Source: an uncultured bacterium
GTDB lineage: Bacteria > Acidobacteriota > HRBIN11 > JAKEFK01
DNA length: 64,000 nt
NCBI GenBank assembly: GCA_963777505.1
Contig: CAVZQN010000006.1
Coordinates: 320,001-384,000 of the forward strand
Direction of reading: 5' to 3'
The translations under genes and the position numbers were made by a program. Position 1 is the stretch's first letter; every line of letters begins with the position of its first letter. Of this stretch, positions 63,114 to 64,000 are shown piece after piece. The notes beneath the pieces are model-generated. The model searched no databases. It was given only the letters and a program-made list of their open reading frames with translations, and was not told where the DNA came from.

Positions 63114-63833
63114 TTGAACAAAAATTCTTTGATTTCAGTCGTAATGCCCTGTTATAACGAAGGCAAACTCGCTGTCGATCACGCCTTAAAAGTCCGGGAT
63201 TTCCTTTCTCGTTTGAAATGGAATTTCGAACTCGCTATTTGTGATGACGGGACAAATGATGGATCGCAAACGTTAATCGATACACTTCAAAATTCTGACA
63301 TTCGCGTCTTTCATTATGCGAATGGCCCCTCCAGGCGCGAAAATCTCAGCGAATGTTTGCGTCAACTCAATGGATCAATCCTCATCTATATGGATATTGA
63401 TCTTTCAACGGATCTTGAATGTTTACCTGAGATCGTAAATCCACTGTTGAATGATGAATGTGATATTGCAATTGGGAGCCGTTATCAAAAAGGCGCAACA
63501 GTGCACCGTGAATTCTCACGATTTCTCTACAGCCGTCTGTATAACGGAACAATACGATTATTGCTTCGTTCCAAGATTCTTGATCATCAATGTGGATTTA
63601 AGGCGTTTAAACGGGATGTCTTTCATTCGCTAGCAACCAGCGCGGGATACGACACGCTCCATCAACGTGGATGGTTCTGGGACGCAGAAATATTAATCAG
63701 AGCGCAAAGGGAAGGCTATAGAATTCGTGAAGTACCCGTGCGCTGGAATGCCGCGAAAAAAAGCTCTTTTGACTTCTTCAGAGAGTTGAAAGTAATTCCT
63801 TATCTGCTGAAGTTTCGAAAAAGAATCAGCTAA
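63114..63833 (+). CDS. GT2, dolichyl/polyprenyl-phosphate glycosyltransferase-like
   Basis: VMPCYNE, DDG.ND, YMDIDLS, GSRY, DHQCGFKAF, WFWDAEIL..A. Confidence 0.87.
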   Translation: MNKNSLISVVMPCYNEGKLAVDHALKVRDFLSRLKWNFELAICDDGTNDGSQTLIDTLQNSDIRVFHYANGPSRRENLSECLRQLNGSILIYMDIDLSTDLECLPEIVNPLLNDECDIAIGSRYQKGATVHREFSRFLYSRLYNGTIRLLLRSKILDHQCGFKAFKRDVFHSLATSAGYDTLHQRGWFWDAEILIRAQREGYRIREVPVRWNAAKKSSFDFFRELKVIPYLLKFRKRIS

Positions 63834-64000
63834 TTATTCTTTCTTATCGAGCTTCAATGATGCGGAATTAATACAATACCGAAGCCCGGTCGGTTCCGGA
63901 CCATCATCGAAAACGTGTCCGAGATGACCGCCGCAACGGCTGCACAATACTTCGGTACGCTTCATTCCAAGGGTGGAATCGCTTTCGCTTTCTACATTTT
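63834..64000 (-). CDS. msrB: Methionine sulfoxide reductase B, 3' part (truncated at window end)
   Basis: Manual translation: [44 protein letters not shown]-stop. Confidence 0.93.
   Translation of the reverse strand, partial: NVESESDSTLGMKRTEVLCSRCGGHLGHVFDDGPEPTGLRYCINSASLKLDKKE

Overview
Bacterial chromosomal window, probably Acidobacteriota-like (inferred from gene order and protein style, not verified). About 1-38 kb is mostly housekeeping: two lytic transglycosylases, a TPR-AIM24 protein, recO-glyQ-glyS-ppdK-pgeF, lexA-dinB, rpmB, a polyprenol-P-mannose synthase with GT-C genes, two FHA membrane proteins, yebC-ruvCAB-queA-gmhA, Trm112-waaL-rfaE1, purH and serS. About 38.5-63.8 kb is a cell-surface modification island: five GT2s, two YfhO-type GT-C proteins, an amino-sugar aminotransferase and acetyltransferase, an FAD oxidoreductase, four sulfatase-like proteins lacking the formylglycine motif, and two tandem paralogous secreted Calx-beta proteins. 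Top signals: (1) a shared ~165-aa C-terminal domain on three secreted proteins with two unrelated N-terminal architectures, a candidate sorting/anchoring module; (2) its association with the Thr-type 'sulfatase'/YfhO island; (3) a TTCGC-N6-TTCGC direct repeat filling the lexA promoter spacer; (4) a nested ~370-bp palindromic element upstream of serS, plus several REP-like and heptamer repeat families. All seven frameshifts found are +1, which points to sequencing error. No rRNA, tRNA, CRISPR array or transposase was seen.
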